Counted from the first letter of the stretch, positions 7,522 to 15,569 are shown. The stretch: 20,000 nucleotides of DNA from an uncultured virus (IMG/VR IMGVR_UViG_3300034013_000904) (IMGVR_UViG_3300034013_000904), one strand, 5' to 3'. The notes: a model not told the origin generated them from the letters alone. A program made the numbers and translations.

Positions 7522-9498
7522 TCAAAAAATGATGTTGTAGGCACGAGTTGAGTTGTTGGTTGAGACTCGCACAGTGACCTCGTCGTTGCGTCCACGTGAG
7601 AAGCCCACGCCACTGAGTTGCTGATCTGAGGGTGCACACTTGGTCTTGTTGCCTAGCACCTCAAACACCTTGCGATGAGGCTCGAGGTCGCCTCGCAGGA
7701 ACTCGTTGTAGATGCCTCGAGTGGCCTCGGGATTCTTGCAGCCTTCCAGGATGAAGAACCAATGCTGGTTGCCCACACCGCCTGCGTTTTCCCAGTGGTT
7801 GGGACTGCACATCAGCGTGCTGACCGGCACAAAGTTTTCCGTAGCCACACCCCACTTCTGGGTTGACACGTCACCGCCTCGGATTGACTTGTTGACAATC
7901 TTGAGATCAGTGAGTTCGCCACGCACCATCTGGAAGGTGATGCAGTCCACCGTGCCTTTGACACCTAGTGGATAGCTCAGCTGAGAGACCTTGCCCTCGC
8001 ACTCAATCTCCAGTGTGAAGCCCACGTTGTCAGTCTCACGCTGACTGAACTGGTTGACCTGAATGCGGTAGACACCATCAAGCGGACGAGTCCAGCTGAG
8101 GTTCTCCACAGGCTCTCGAGTGGTGCCTCGGCCTGCATTCATGTCCACGTCCAGGATGCGCCCAGGGTTGCCGTAGTAGATGTGACCGTCAGGGCAGTGA
8201 GCATGGATGTCAAGGTCGTCATAGTTGCTCCAGGCCAAACTCACTCGGAGTGCTGCATTGGTGTTGCCACCTGCCCGCTTGACACGAGCCTTGATGCTGT
8301 CTGCGACCTCGCCATCATAGCTCCACGCAAAATCGTTGTTCCAGCGGAACAGCCGACCAGCATCCACATGCACATGCACAGGTGCAGTCACGCTCACAAA
8401 GTTGCCCAGGTGCTGATTCTTCAGCAGCACCTCAACTCGGCGCGCCTTGGGCAGCACATCGCTCACAAACTCAGCCACCGGGATGCCAGTGACACCACTC
8501 ACGTTCTTGGGCGGCGCTGAGCCGACTGCCTCCATGAGCAGGCTGGTGAGACCATCTCGCATCTGTGCCTGCACACTGTTGTCCACAAACAGCACGTCGT
8601 TGACACTCACATCTTCCAGTCGGGCAAACCGCCGCTCGATGCTCCGCTCCAGATCCAGCTCACGCAACTTCTCCACTGCCTTGGTGACCATGGCAGGCGT
8701 GATGAGTGCAGTGGTGCGCTTGTAGTTGGTGGGGGCCACCTTCTGCTCAAAACCGCGCACGGCACGCTCGAGGTCCACACCATCACTGAGGTCCTGGATC
8801 AGCGTGCCAATCACCGTGTTGCGAAAGCGTGCCACAGGGTTGCCGACGTTGCTCCACACATGCAGGCTGCCGTCACCTGAGGCACGGTAGGCACGCTGGA
8901 GGCTTTGAAACTCCTGCACAGCTCGACGGTGCTCACTACCACGGTAGAGGGCGTTGCTGTCGATGAGGTCCAGCACTGTCTGGAAGGTGTCGTCACCCAA
9001 GGTGTCTAGGCCGCGACGCAGCACTTGAGCAGTGGTGTTGATGCTGCCTCGCTCTTCGTCGGGACGAGCACAGCGGTGACGAGTTGCCACCTCAGCATGG
9101 AAGTGGTCCCAGCGTCGGTTGTCACTGTCATAGGTGTGTGAGGCACCAAAGCGAGTTTCCTTGGTGCGGAACACGCTTTTGATGGGAAGCTGTTGCACTA
9201 GTGCATCCATGGCCGCAGCCACAGTGGCATAGGGCTCGGGGAGGTTGGGAACGCTCCACACGCTTTCCTTGCGGCCGTTGACGATAGCCACCACACCGCC
9301 CATGTTGCGCACAAAGTTCTTGCAGCAAGAGCAGTCATGCGTGGTGCGAACCCGGAACATGGGGTCAGTGCCCTCGGGAAAACTCAGCAGGTAGCTGGTG
9401 AAGAGGTCAATACCCTCTACCACATACAGCTCATGCTGGCTGAGGCTCTTGACTCGATTGGCTACAGCAGTGCTGAAGCTGGGGAAATCAGCTGTCAT
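7522..9498 (-). CDS. Large protein (658 aa) with an N-terminal HDCSCC motif and a YfaP/DUF2135-like domain (LRVSLAWSNYDDLDIH...LDVDMNAG...PVENLSW)
   Basis: Longest ORF in the window; ATG 9498 chosen as start (track start 9516 also possible); domain recognised by eye only. Confidence 0.8.
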   Translation of the reverse strand: MTADFPSFSTAVANRVKSLSQHELYVVEGIDLFTSYLLSFPEGTDPMFRVRTTHDCSCCKNFVRNMGGVVAIVNGRKESVWSVPNLPEPYATVAAAMDALVQQLPIKSVFRTKETRFGASHTYDSDNRRWDHFHAEVATRHRCARPDEERGSINTTAQVLRRGLDTLGDDTFQTVLDLIDSNALYRGSEHRRAVQEFQSLQRAYRASGDGSLHVWSNVGNPVARFRNTVIGTLIQDLSDGVDLERAVRGFEQKVAPTNYKRTTALITPAMVTKAVEKLRELDLERSIERRFARLEDVSVNDVLFVDNSVQAQMRDGLTSLLMEAVGSAPPKNVSGVTGIPVAEFVSDVLPKARRVEVLLKNQHLGNFVSVTAPVHVHVDAGRLFRWNNDFAWSYDGEVADSIKARVKRAGGNTNAALRVSLAWSNYDDLDIHAHCPDGHIYYGNPGRILDVDMNAGRGTTREPVENLSWTRPLDGVYRIQVNQFSQRETDNVGFTLEIECEGKVSQLSYPLGVKGTVDCITFQMVRGELTDLKIVNKSIRGGDVSTQKWGVATENFVPVSTLMCSPNHWENAGGVGNQHWFFILEGCKNPEATRGIYNEFLRGDLEPHRKVFEVLGNKTKCAPSDQQLSGVGFSRGRNDEVTVRVSTNNSTRAYNIIF

Positions 9499-9526
9499 AG
9501 GGTGTGTTTCTTTCAACTGTTGTGTG

Positions 9527-9555
9527 ACTATAGCAAGGTTGCTGAGTTGTGTCTA
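9527..9555 (-). promoter_or_regulatory. Sigma70-like promoter TAGACA-N17-TATAGT
   Basis: Repeated motif variant with an upstream A-tract. Confidence 0.7.
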
Positions 9556-9586
9556 GGACTTTTTCAGTAGATCAACGTGTGCTGCT

Positions 9587-10261
9587 TCATACTGCGCCAA
9601 TCATGTTTTGCACCCACTCGGGGCACATCTTGATACGGCTCTGGGTGATGGCTGCATGATCGTAGTTGGTGTCCTTGGTGTCCTGGTAGTGCAGCAACCA
9701 AAGCCAAGGACGATGCCTCCACTGGGGCAGGAGATCGCCAGCACTCTGCAGGCCTTGGATCTTGTGGCGCAGTGCCTCGCGAGCATCATGGTCGCCACAC
9801 CACACACCGGGATTTTCCTGGTCTACATAGCCCTCAAAATGCCCGCTGCTGGTGTAGCACCAACGGTCTGTGCCGCTGTGAGGAATCCAGTTGTAGTAGA
9901 CTTTTGCACCGTTCACATGGTCACCGCAGAAGGTGTCGAAACACAGCAGCAGCCCGTCCCGGTGAGCGTAGATGAAATAGCGTTCTTCACGATCGGGATC
10001 AGTGCTGTCGTATCCCCGTACCACAAAGGGCAGCTCCAGCGCCAACTCAAAACCCATGAGGGTGATGATCTCCTGGTAGCGAACCAGCCGGTTGCTGAAG
10101 GTGGTGTCGCCCAACTCCTCTAGAGCCCTTTGCTTGCGCTGGTTGTGGCTGACGTGCAGCGCCATACCAAGGTTGACACTATCGGGATTGTTGCGGCCCA
10201 GCATGCGCTCAGCTGTGTCCAGTGGGTCAAACTTCAGCAAGCGATCAATTTCGTCACTCAC
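9587..10261 (-). CDS. Hypothetical protein (224 aa)
   Basis: GTG 10261 follows an AAAGGA SD and lies downstream of promoter 10289-10316. Confidence 0.8.
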   Translation of the reverse strand: MSDEIDRLLKFDPLDTAERMLGRNNPDSVNLGMALHVSHNQRKQRALEELGDTTFSNRLVRYQEIITLMGFELALELPFVVRGYDSTDPDREERYFIYAHRDGLLLCFDTFCGDHVNGAKVYYNWIPHSGTDRWCYTSSGHFEGYVDQENPGVWCGDHDAREALRHKIQGLQSAGDLLPQWRHRPWLWLLHYQDTKDTNYDHAAITQSRIKMCPEWVQNMIGAV

Positions 10262-10288
10262 GGCTGGGTTCCTTTTCTCTATGTGGGC

Positions 10289-10316
10289 ATTATAGCAGGA
10301 TGCTGTTTTATGTCTA
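10289..10316 (-). promoter_or_regulatory. Sigma70-like promoter TAGACA-N16-TATAAT
   Basis: Repeated motif variant. Confidence 0.75.
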
Positions 10317-10319
10317 GCC

Positions 10320-10586
10320 TTAATTTTTTGGTGGACCAAACTTGTTGGCTAGCCTGAGATACTCTTGATACTCAGCATCCTGCTGCCGAACATGTTTCTC
10401 AATGATGGGTTCCCAAGAGCCTGGCACTGTGCCGGCCTGGCCGGCTTGATAAGCCTCTACCTCACGCAGCAGAGCGCCGTATCCACCATCATCATAACGT
10501 CCAGAATAACCAGCATTGTCTAGGCGAGCTTGCGCTTCGGCTTTGACCCAAGAGATGATTTGGTTGGAAGTGGGATTTTTGCTCAT
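10320..10586 (-). CDS. Hypothetical protein (88 aa, MSKNPTSNQ...)
   Basis: ATG 10586 follows GAGG, 7 nt after the upstream stop. Confidence 0.75.
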   Translation of the reverse strand: MSKNPTSNQIISWVKAEAQARLDNAGYSGRYDDGGYGALLREVEAYQAGQAGTVPGSWEPIIEKHVRQQDAEYQEYLRLANKFGPPKN

Positions 10587-10593
10587 GTCTGCC

Positions 10594-11070
10594 TCAGATA
10601 ATATCCACGGTTTCTTGTCCGCCTGTAAACAACAGGGCCTCAACAAAAGGCAACGGATGATCATTGTTGGTGGTGCAATAGGCAATCAGCGCCTTTGCAC
10701 GGGTTTCAACATCTTGATCAGGGATGTTGAACAATTCTTGCTGATTTTGCGGACCGCGTACCTGATCGTTCATGAAAAGATAATGAGCATATTTTTCTGC
10801 CTGTTTGGCAGCATCAGCTGATTGAAAACACAGCTCAGCTAGAATTCTAAAATCACCACCCGCTTGGTTTCGGCCACGTTGCAGCGAATTGAACAAAGTG
10901 CTTTGGCCAATCTTGAGATGTGCTCCGCTTACAGTTCCTGTAAGATAATCAGTCACATACTGTCGTGCAAAGTAGATTACATATCGATGCACTAGCTCGA
11001 GCTTGCCGCGTGCTAGCCCTTCTCGACTGATTCGTATGTTACAGTAGTCTGCATGTCCGGCGCCGTTCAT
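10594..11070 (-). CDS. T5orf172/MUG113-like (GIY-YIG superfamily) domain protein
   Basis: Motif order VIYF...LKIGQS...R...AEKYAH..F...ELF resembles the T5orf172 family; judged by eye. Confidence 0.55.
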   Translation of the reverse strand: MNGAGHADYCNIRISREGLARGKLELVHRYVIYFARQYVTDYLTGTVSGAHLKIGQSTLFNSLQRGRNQAGGDFRILAELCFQSADAAKQAEKYAHYLFMNDQVRGPQNQQELFNIPDQDVETRAKALIAYCTTNNDHPLPFVEALLFTGGQETVDII

Positions 11071-11110
11071 AATTACCCCGTGGGTTAGATATTGATACCA
11101 AAAGCGTTGT

Positions 11111-11350
11111 TTACATCTGAAACAACATCTCCACCAAGAGCATGTTACATTTGATCCCGCTTATAACACTCGTGGAGAGATAGGCAGCACAGGCATCAGC
11201 TTCCTCTTTTGTGTGGAATCTCATGGCTGCCACCCTATGATTACTCCAAAAACCCTGTGTTGTATCAACAGGATACAACCCTGATGGATGTCGCAAGATC
11301 CAATAGCCCATTGTATTCCGCTGATACAGCACTTTTCCTTCAGCAGTCAT
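11111..11350 (-). CDS. Hypothetical protein (79 aa)
   Basis: ORF track; TAATG overlap with the upstream gene. Confidence 0.65.
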   Translation of the reverse strand: MTAEGKVLYQRNTMGYWILRHPSGLYPVDTTQGFWSNHRVAAMRFHTKEEADACAAYLSTSVISGIKCNMLLVEMLFQM

Positions 11351-11604
11351 TAGATCTGTTCCGCAATGATGGCAGCAGCCAGTGCCTCGCGGCTCTCAAA
11401 CAGCATGGCTTCTTCATGCTCTCCATGGCAGGTGGCATACACCACACGGCAGGGACCAAAACGCTGGAAAAACTCCGCCTGCTTGTCGGTGGCATTCCAC
11501 TTGGGATGCTGATTCTCCACCAGCATGCGGCACAACACCGGAGCACTGCACACCCGGTTGTCCATGAGATAGTAGACAGTCTGGTCCAGCTCGAACTTGA
11601 ACAT
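11350..11604 (-). CDS. Hypothetical phage protein (84 aa, MFKFELDQTVYY...)
   Basis: ATG 11604 follows GAGGA and lies downstream of promoter 11633-11660. Confidence 0.8.
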   Translation of the reverse strand: MFKFELDQTVYYLMDNRVCSAPVLCRMLVENQHPKWNATDKQAEFFQRFGPCRVVYATCHGEHEEAMLFESREALAAAIIAEQI

Positions 11605-11632
11605 TGGTGTTGCTTCCTCTCTCTGTGTGCCC

Positions 11633-11660
11633 ATTATAGCAGGGTTTGGCCTGCTGTCAA
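11633..11660 (-). promoter_or_regulatory. Consensus sigma70 promoter TTGACA-N16-TATAAT with A-tract
   Basis: AAAAAAGCGGTTGACA...TGCTATAAT. Confidence 0.85.
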
Positions 11661-11672
11661 CCGCTTTTTTGT

Positions 11673-12086
11673 CTATTCAGCCACAAAAATCCGGTGCAGC
11701 TTGCCTACCACGGGCACATCCTTGTTCACCACAGTGAACGCACCGCTCTGGTAGAACTCGATCTCTACACCAGTGGCATTGTAGCTGCCATCTACGTTCA
11801 GCTTGCGAGCCCGGATGTGCCAACCGTCGGGGTAAATGTCATGGGGTCCGTGACCAGTGCCGCCGCCCTCACTCCGAGCATGCTCCACCACATAGCGACC
11901 CTTGAGGTAGCCGAGATCCAGTGCATGATCGTCTCGCCACATGAGGCATCCCACTCGCACCTCAGTTTTTGCAGGAGTGGGATCGTTGGGCCGGTTGACA
12001 TAGGCAAAGTGGCTGGGGATTTTGGCATAAACACTCATGTTCTTGCAGGCCTCAAACACGTCGCCTACTTCCAGTTTCTTGCTCAT
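11673..12086 (-). CDS. Hypothetical protein (137 aa; GGGTGHGPHDIYPDGW motif)
   Basis: ORF track; AGGAG SD; own promoter. Confidence 0.8.
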   Translation of the reverse strand: MSKKLEVGDVFEACKNMSVYAKIPSHFAYVNRPNDPTPAKTEVRVGCLMWRDDHALDLGYLKGRYVVEHARSEGGGTGHGPHDIYPDGWHIRARKLNVDGSYNATGVEIEFYQSGAFTVVNKDVPVVGKLHRIFVAE

Positions 12087-12113
12087 GTCCCGTGCTCCTG
12101 TCTCTATATGCCC

Positions 12114-12141
12114 ATTATAGCACAGCTCAAGGGGCTGTCAA
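12114..12141 (-). promoter_or_regulatory. Consensus sigma70 promoter TTGACA-N16-TATAAT
   Basis: Both hexamers perfect; the -35 box contains the TGA stop of CDS 12138-12692. Confidence 0.85.
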
Positions 12142-12692
12142 CCGTTTTGTTCTTTCTGTAGGCGAACCACAACCTTAAGCAGCTCGTTGGCAGCACTCTG
12201 TCGACCTTGCTGGTGAAACAGTTCGGTGTGATACCCTATTTCTTTTGCCTTTTTGATCTCATCCTCAGCACGGTTCAAAATATGCTGAATCTCTCCTTCA
12301 AGCTGGCTGAGAATGGCCCGGGGAGTTTGGCGGAGTGTGATACCAGGGCAAGGAAGCTTGAACACCGCAGGATCAATGCTCCAGCACACATCCTCCCACT
12401 CATCATCTCTCATGGTGATGTAGTCATCCTCAGTGTAGCCCAGCCTGTCTACACCTTGCCCAAGGCCAACAAACGTGCCATCCTCAAGCCAGGCCGAGTA
12501 GCCATAGCTGTCGTAGCCCCACTCGTCATAGTTGACGAAATGGATCTTCTCATCATATTGGTCAACCCCTGCCTGGTAGGGAGAGGGAACCTCACCATAG
12601 GCGTTGCGATCGAACTGTTCGACCGCGTCGAGCTTCATGCGTGCGTCACTGTTCTTGCGAGGAGTTGCAGGGCTATATTTTCCGCGGCTCAT
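12138..12692 (-). CDS. Hypothetical protein (184 aa) with short (Y/F)DxxGY repeats and a helical C-terminus
   Basis: ORF track; AAGGAG SD; FDRNAYG, YDEWGYDSYGY, VDRLGY. Confidence 0.8.
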   Translation of the reverse strand: MSRGKYSPATPRKNSDARMKLDAVEQFDRNAYGEVPSPYQAGVDQYDEKIHFVNYDEWGYDSYGYSAWLEDGTFVGLGQGVDRLGYTEDDYITMRDDEWEDVCWSIDPAVFKLPCPGITLRQTPRAILSQLEGEIQHILNRAEDEIKKAKEIGYHTELFHQQGRQSAANELLKVVVRLQKEQNG

Positions 12693-12718
12693 AAGGTCGG
12701 CTCCTTGCTTGTGTGCGC

Positions 12719-12746
12719 ATTATAGCACGATGCAGGGCGCTGTCAA
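12719..12746 (-). promoter_or_regulatory. Consensus sigma70 promoter TTGACA-N16-TATAAT with A-tract
   Basis: AAAAAACTGGTTGACA...TGCTATAAT. Confidence 0.85.
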
Positions 12747-12764
12747 CCAGTTTTTCCCCGCAGC

Positions 12765-13085
12765 CTACCTGCCTATCTCCTCTCGGGTCACCAAGTGCTG
12801 GCCATCGCCCACGCTCAACAAATGGCCTATCTCGTTGAACCAACCCACACGCGATACCTGCCCCCTCAGAGGACTGTCTACCCGGGCTTCAACAGGATAC
12901 ATGCCCATGGCACTCTCGCCCATGTCCGCTATAGTGAGCACACCATCAATCTCGCGGATCTCATACACATGGTTGGGCTTGAGAAGGTTGGTGGCGTGTT
13001 CCTCACACATGGCGCCCAGGATAAGGTCACCCTTTGAATACTGGTTGTCAGCAGGGCGGATGGCAAAGCGGGCTAGAGTTCGCAT
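12765..13085 (-). CDS. Hypothetical protein (106 aa, MRTLARFAIR...)
   Basis: ORF track; AGGA SD. Confidence 0.75.
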   Translation of the reverse strand: MRTLARFAIRPADNQYSKGDLILGAMCEEHATNLLKPNHVYEIREIDGVLTIADMGESAMGMYPVEARVDSPLRGQVSRVGWFNEIGHLLSVGDGQHLVTREEIGR

Positions 13086-13094
13086 GGTGTTTTC

Positions 13095-13508
13095 CTAATC
13101 TTCCCGGTTGGTATTACGGCGCACACTGCCTTGGTGGCATTTGAGCTCTAGGGCGTCAACCGGTCGCTCGTCCCAATCCTCGTATTCATAGTGCCTGCGG
13201 CCACCCATCCAACGCTCGACCAGGCCGAGATAATAAGTGAGCTCACCTAGCTTGTATGCCTTGCTAGCATCGCTACGGTTGCTGGGATCAAAGAGCTTCT
13301 CCAGCAGTTGGCCAATCCGTTCCGCGTCGCTGAGATGAGTCTTGGGCTTGAGGAGATCAACTTGATCGCTGCCATTCTCATCATCATACCAAGTGCCGTC
13401 CTGCAAGCGTTCCTGTGCCACTTGGGCAAGGATCAGCTGCTTCTCCAATCCTGTGGAGTAAACAAACACACGGTCGTCATGCTTCTCGCGGAATCGAATC
13501 AGTCGCAT
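13095..13508 (-). CDS. Hypothetical protein (137 aa); paralog of 14026-14418
   Basis: ORF track; AAGGA SD; aligns end to end with 14026-14418. Confidence 0.85.
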   Translation of the reverse strand: MRLIRFREKHDDRVFVYSTGLEKQLILAQVAQERLQDGTWYDDENGSDQVDLLKPKTHLSDAERIGQLLEKLFDPSNRSDASKAYKLGELTYYLGLVERWMGGRRHYEYEDWDERPVDALELKCHQGSVRRNTNRED

Positions 13509-13535
13509 CAGAGGGTTCCTTGTGTGATGAGTGAA

Positions 13536-13763
13536 TTACTCGTCAACAATGTCGTCAGCTAGCACAAGTTGCAGGTGACTCACACAGCCGCCGTTCACCT
13601 TCTGCAGGCCCCAAACACCATAGTCGCTGCATTCTAGCGTGCCCTTGATCTCGCTCAACACATAGCCTACATCAAAGGGATAGGCCACCTGTTTGCCACG
13701 CACTGTCACAGTCTCGGGATGGTCGTAAATCAGTTCCAAAGTGACAACAACACGTTTCTTCAC
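13536..13763 (-). CDS. Hypothetical protein (75 aa)
   Basis: GTG after a GGGAG SD; promoter at 13793-13820. Confidence 0.75.
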   Translation of the reverse strand: MKKRVVVTLELIYDHPETVTVRGKQVAYPFDVGYVLSEIKGTLECSDYGVWGLQKVNGGCVSHLQLVLADDIVDE

Positions 13764-13792
13764 AGCATGTCTCCCATTTGTTTCCTGTGCCT

Positions 13793-13820
13793 AGTGTAGC
13801 ACACCACAGACGATTGTCAA
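13793..13820 (-). promoter_or_regulatory. Sigma70-like promoter TTGACA-N16-TACACT
   Basis: Repeated motif. Confidence 0.7.
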
Positions 13821-13984
13821 CGACTCTTATGGGTTGTTGTTCACCGCAATGATTTTGGCAGAGATGGATTGGATAGCCTCCCGAGTGAGGCGCTGGATCT
13901 CCGCTTGATGTTGATCAAAAAAAAGCTTGCTTGCGAGTTTGGTTTGGGCTGATCCACAGCACATTGTTCTTGTCCACACTCCAT

Positions 13985-14014
13985 TCAAACACCAAACCTA
14001 GCCAGTGTTTTCAT
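13985..14014 (-). pseudogene. Truncated remnant MKTLARFGV* resembling the N-terminus of 12765-13085
   Basis: GAGGT SD followed by ATG; 6 of 9 residues identical to MRTLARFAI; same position relative to the paralogous upstream gene. Confidence 0.45.
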
Positions 14015-14025
14015 GATATCAACCT

Positions 14026-14418
14026 CTATGTTGCAGAGCTGGTGCGACGCACGCTGCCCTCGTAGTGGGTGAGTTGACACTGTTCGACAGGCAGTTCATC
14101 CCAGCCCTCATACTCATAGTCCCGGCGAGCTCGCATCCATTGCGCAACCTGGTGCAGATAATAGCTGGTAGGGTTGGTGTTGGGCCGGGCAGAAGGGTCG
14201 TGCAGCCTCTTGAGCAGAAGTGCGATCTTGTCCGCATCACTGAGATGCCGCATGGGCCACAGCCTGTCAACCTGATCACTGCCATTCTCAGTGTCATACC
14301 AATAGCCTTCGTCCAGCCTTTCCTGTGCAACCTGCGCTAGGATCAGCTGAAGTTCCTCTTTGGTTTTGAAAAGGAAAACTCGATCGCCATGCTTCTCGCG
14401 GAATCGAAGAAGTTTCAT
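14026..14418 (-). CDS. Hypothetical protein (130 aa); paralog of 13095-13508
   Basis: ORF track; TAATG coupling with the upstream gene. Confidence 0.85.
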   Translation of the reverse strand: MKLLRFREKHGDRVFLFKTKEELQLILAQVAQERLDEGYWYDTENGSDQVDRLWPMRHLSDADKIALLLKRLHDPSARPNTNPTSYYLHQVAQWMRARRDYEYEGWDELPVEQCQLTHYEGSVRRTSSAT

Positions 14419-14579
14419 TACTCAGCGGTCCTTGGGGCCCTGTAGTAGGAGATTAGTGCCTCTACCAGTTCATTTCTGGTGAAAGCTTCTGGGTTGGGCT
14501 CGCCACTCAAATCACATGATCTGCAATAGCAGAGCCTGTTATGCTCACAAAGTTCGCATGTTTCTCGGATTACTGTCAT
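14418..14579 (-). CDS. Small Cys-rich protein (53 aa) MTVIRETCELCEHNRLCYCRSCDLSGEPNPEAFTRNELVEALISYYRAPRTAE
   Basis: Translated by hand; AAGGA SD; TAATG overlap with the next gene; directly behind promoter 14608-14635. Confidence 0.75.
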   Translation of the reverse strand: MTVIRETCELCEHNRLCYCRSCDLSGEPNPEAFTRNELVEALISYYRAPRTAE

Positions 14580-14607
14580 GGGCAAAGGTCCTTACTCTGT
14601 CTCTGGC

Positions 14608-14635
14608 ACTGTAGCATAACTCTAGTCAGTGTCAA
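14608..14635 (-). promoter_or_regulatory. Sigma70-like promoter TTGACA-N16-TACAGT
   Basis: Repeated motif; the -35 box contains the TGA stop of CDS 14632-15060. Confidence 0.75.
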
Positions 14636-15060
14636 CCAGTTTGATGGGCCTTGTCAGCCCAGGCAGTGTAGTAGACGGCATATTCTGAGGTCTTGCTCTC
14701 CCAATGAGCCACAAACTTGTCACAGGCTTCCTGCTCAGTGTCAGCCAGCACCACCAGGGTCTCAACTCTCTGCTCGCGCCCATCTTGCATGTAGTGGCTC
14801 ACGCTCACCGTGCCCTGCACCAACCAACGAGGCTGATCCACACAACTCAGCAGTTGGTCCAGCTTGGCATTGAGCTGGGTGTTTATCCGAGCCTCACGCT
14901 CGTCACCTTGCTGGATGAAAATCTTTTGGCTTTCGATGACAGAGTAGGCTGCCAGCATGAGGTTGATCACATCCTTGGGAAACTCATCTCGCCGGGTGTT
15001 GGCAATCTCCCAAAGATGCTGTTCCAGCGGTTGGGTCTTGCCAAATGCAGTGATGTCCAT
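14632..15060 (-). CDS. Hypothetical protein (142 aa)
   Basis: ORF track; AAGGA SD. Confidence 0.75.
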   Translation of the reverse strand: MDITAFGKTQPLEQHLWEIANTRRDEFPKDVINLMLAAYSVIESQKIFIQQGDEREARINTQLNAKLDQLLSCVDQPRWLVQGTVSVSHYMQDGREQRVETLVVLADTEQEACDKFVAHWESKTSEYAVYYTAWADKAHQTG

Positions 15061-15072
15061 GATCTTGATCCT

Positions 15073-15267
15073 TCAGTTGCTGAGCTTGATAAACTCAAAG
15101 CCTTCTGGCATGTTCCAGTTGCTGGGAAACTCATCTTGCTCTGTTACATAATGGGTAGCAATAATGCAATCCCATACGTCGCCATCGTCATTGCCTACCA
15201 TCACAGGAACATCGCCGTGCTGCTCCTTCAAGGTTTGCAGCCGTTCAATCAGCTCGGAAACTTGCAT
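15073..15267 (-). CDS. Small phage protein (64 aa; MxVSELIExL...HGDVPV pattern)
   Basis: ORF track; AAAGGA SD; own promoter. Confidence 0.8.
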   Translation of the reverse strand: MQVSELIERLQTLKEQHGDVPVMVGNDDGDVWDCIIATHYVTEQDEFPSNWNMPEGFEFIKLSN

Positions 15268-15295
15268 CTCTCTACGTCCTTTAGCTTATGTAGGC

Positions 15296-15324
15296 ATACT
15301 AGCATGGGTTGACCACCCTGTCAA
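15296..15324 (-). promoter_or_regulatory. Sigma70-like promoter TTGACA-N17-TAGTAT, with the -35 box inside an inverted repeat
   Basis: ggttgac-caccct-gtcaacc at 15307-15326. Confidence 0.7.
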
Positions 15325-15349
15325 CCATTTGTTCTGAAAAAATCGCCTG

Positions 15350-15544
15350 TTAGCGCGTGTAGTTGTGGTTGTCCGAGCCCCTGGTGATCACAATGTCACC
15401 CAACTTAATGGTGACCTCAGTGGTAACGTAGCCTTGGCTGTAGTTCTCCTCATACACCTCCACCTCAACGGTGAGATGATCACGGAGGAAATCTGCTAGG
15501 GCAGAAAGTGGGATCATGCCATCCAGTTGGGGTTCATCGCTCAC
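15350..15544 (-). CDS. Hypothetical protein (64 aa, MSDEPQLDG...)
   Basis: GTG 15544 follows an AAGGAGG SD and lies downstream of promoter 15570-15598. Confidence 0.75.
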   Translation of the reverse strand: MSDEPQLDGMIPLSALADFLRDHLTVEVEVYEENYSQGYVTTEVTIKLGDIVITRGSDNHNYTR

Positions 15545-15569
15545 AGCAGCCTCCTTGTTTACAGTAAGG

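Noticed and set aside
8365..8380. cacatg tandem duplication giving VHVHV in the large protein
   Set aside because: A single in-frame 6-bp duplication, too short to carry meaning without comparative data.
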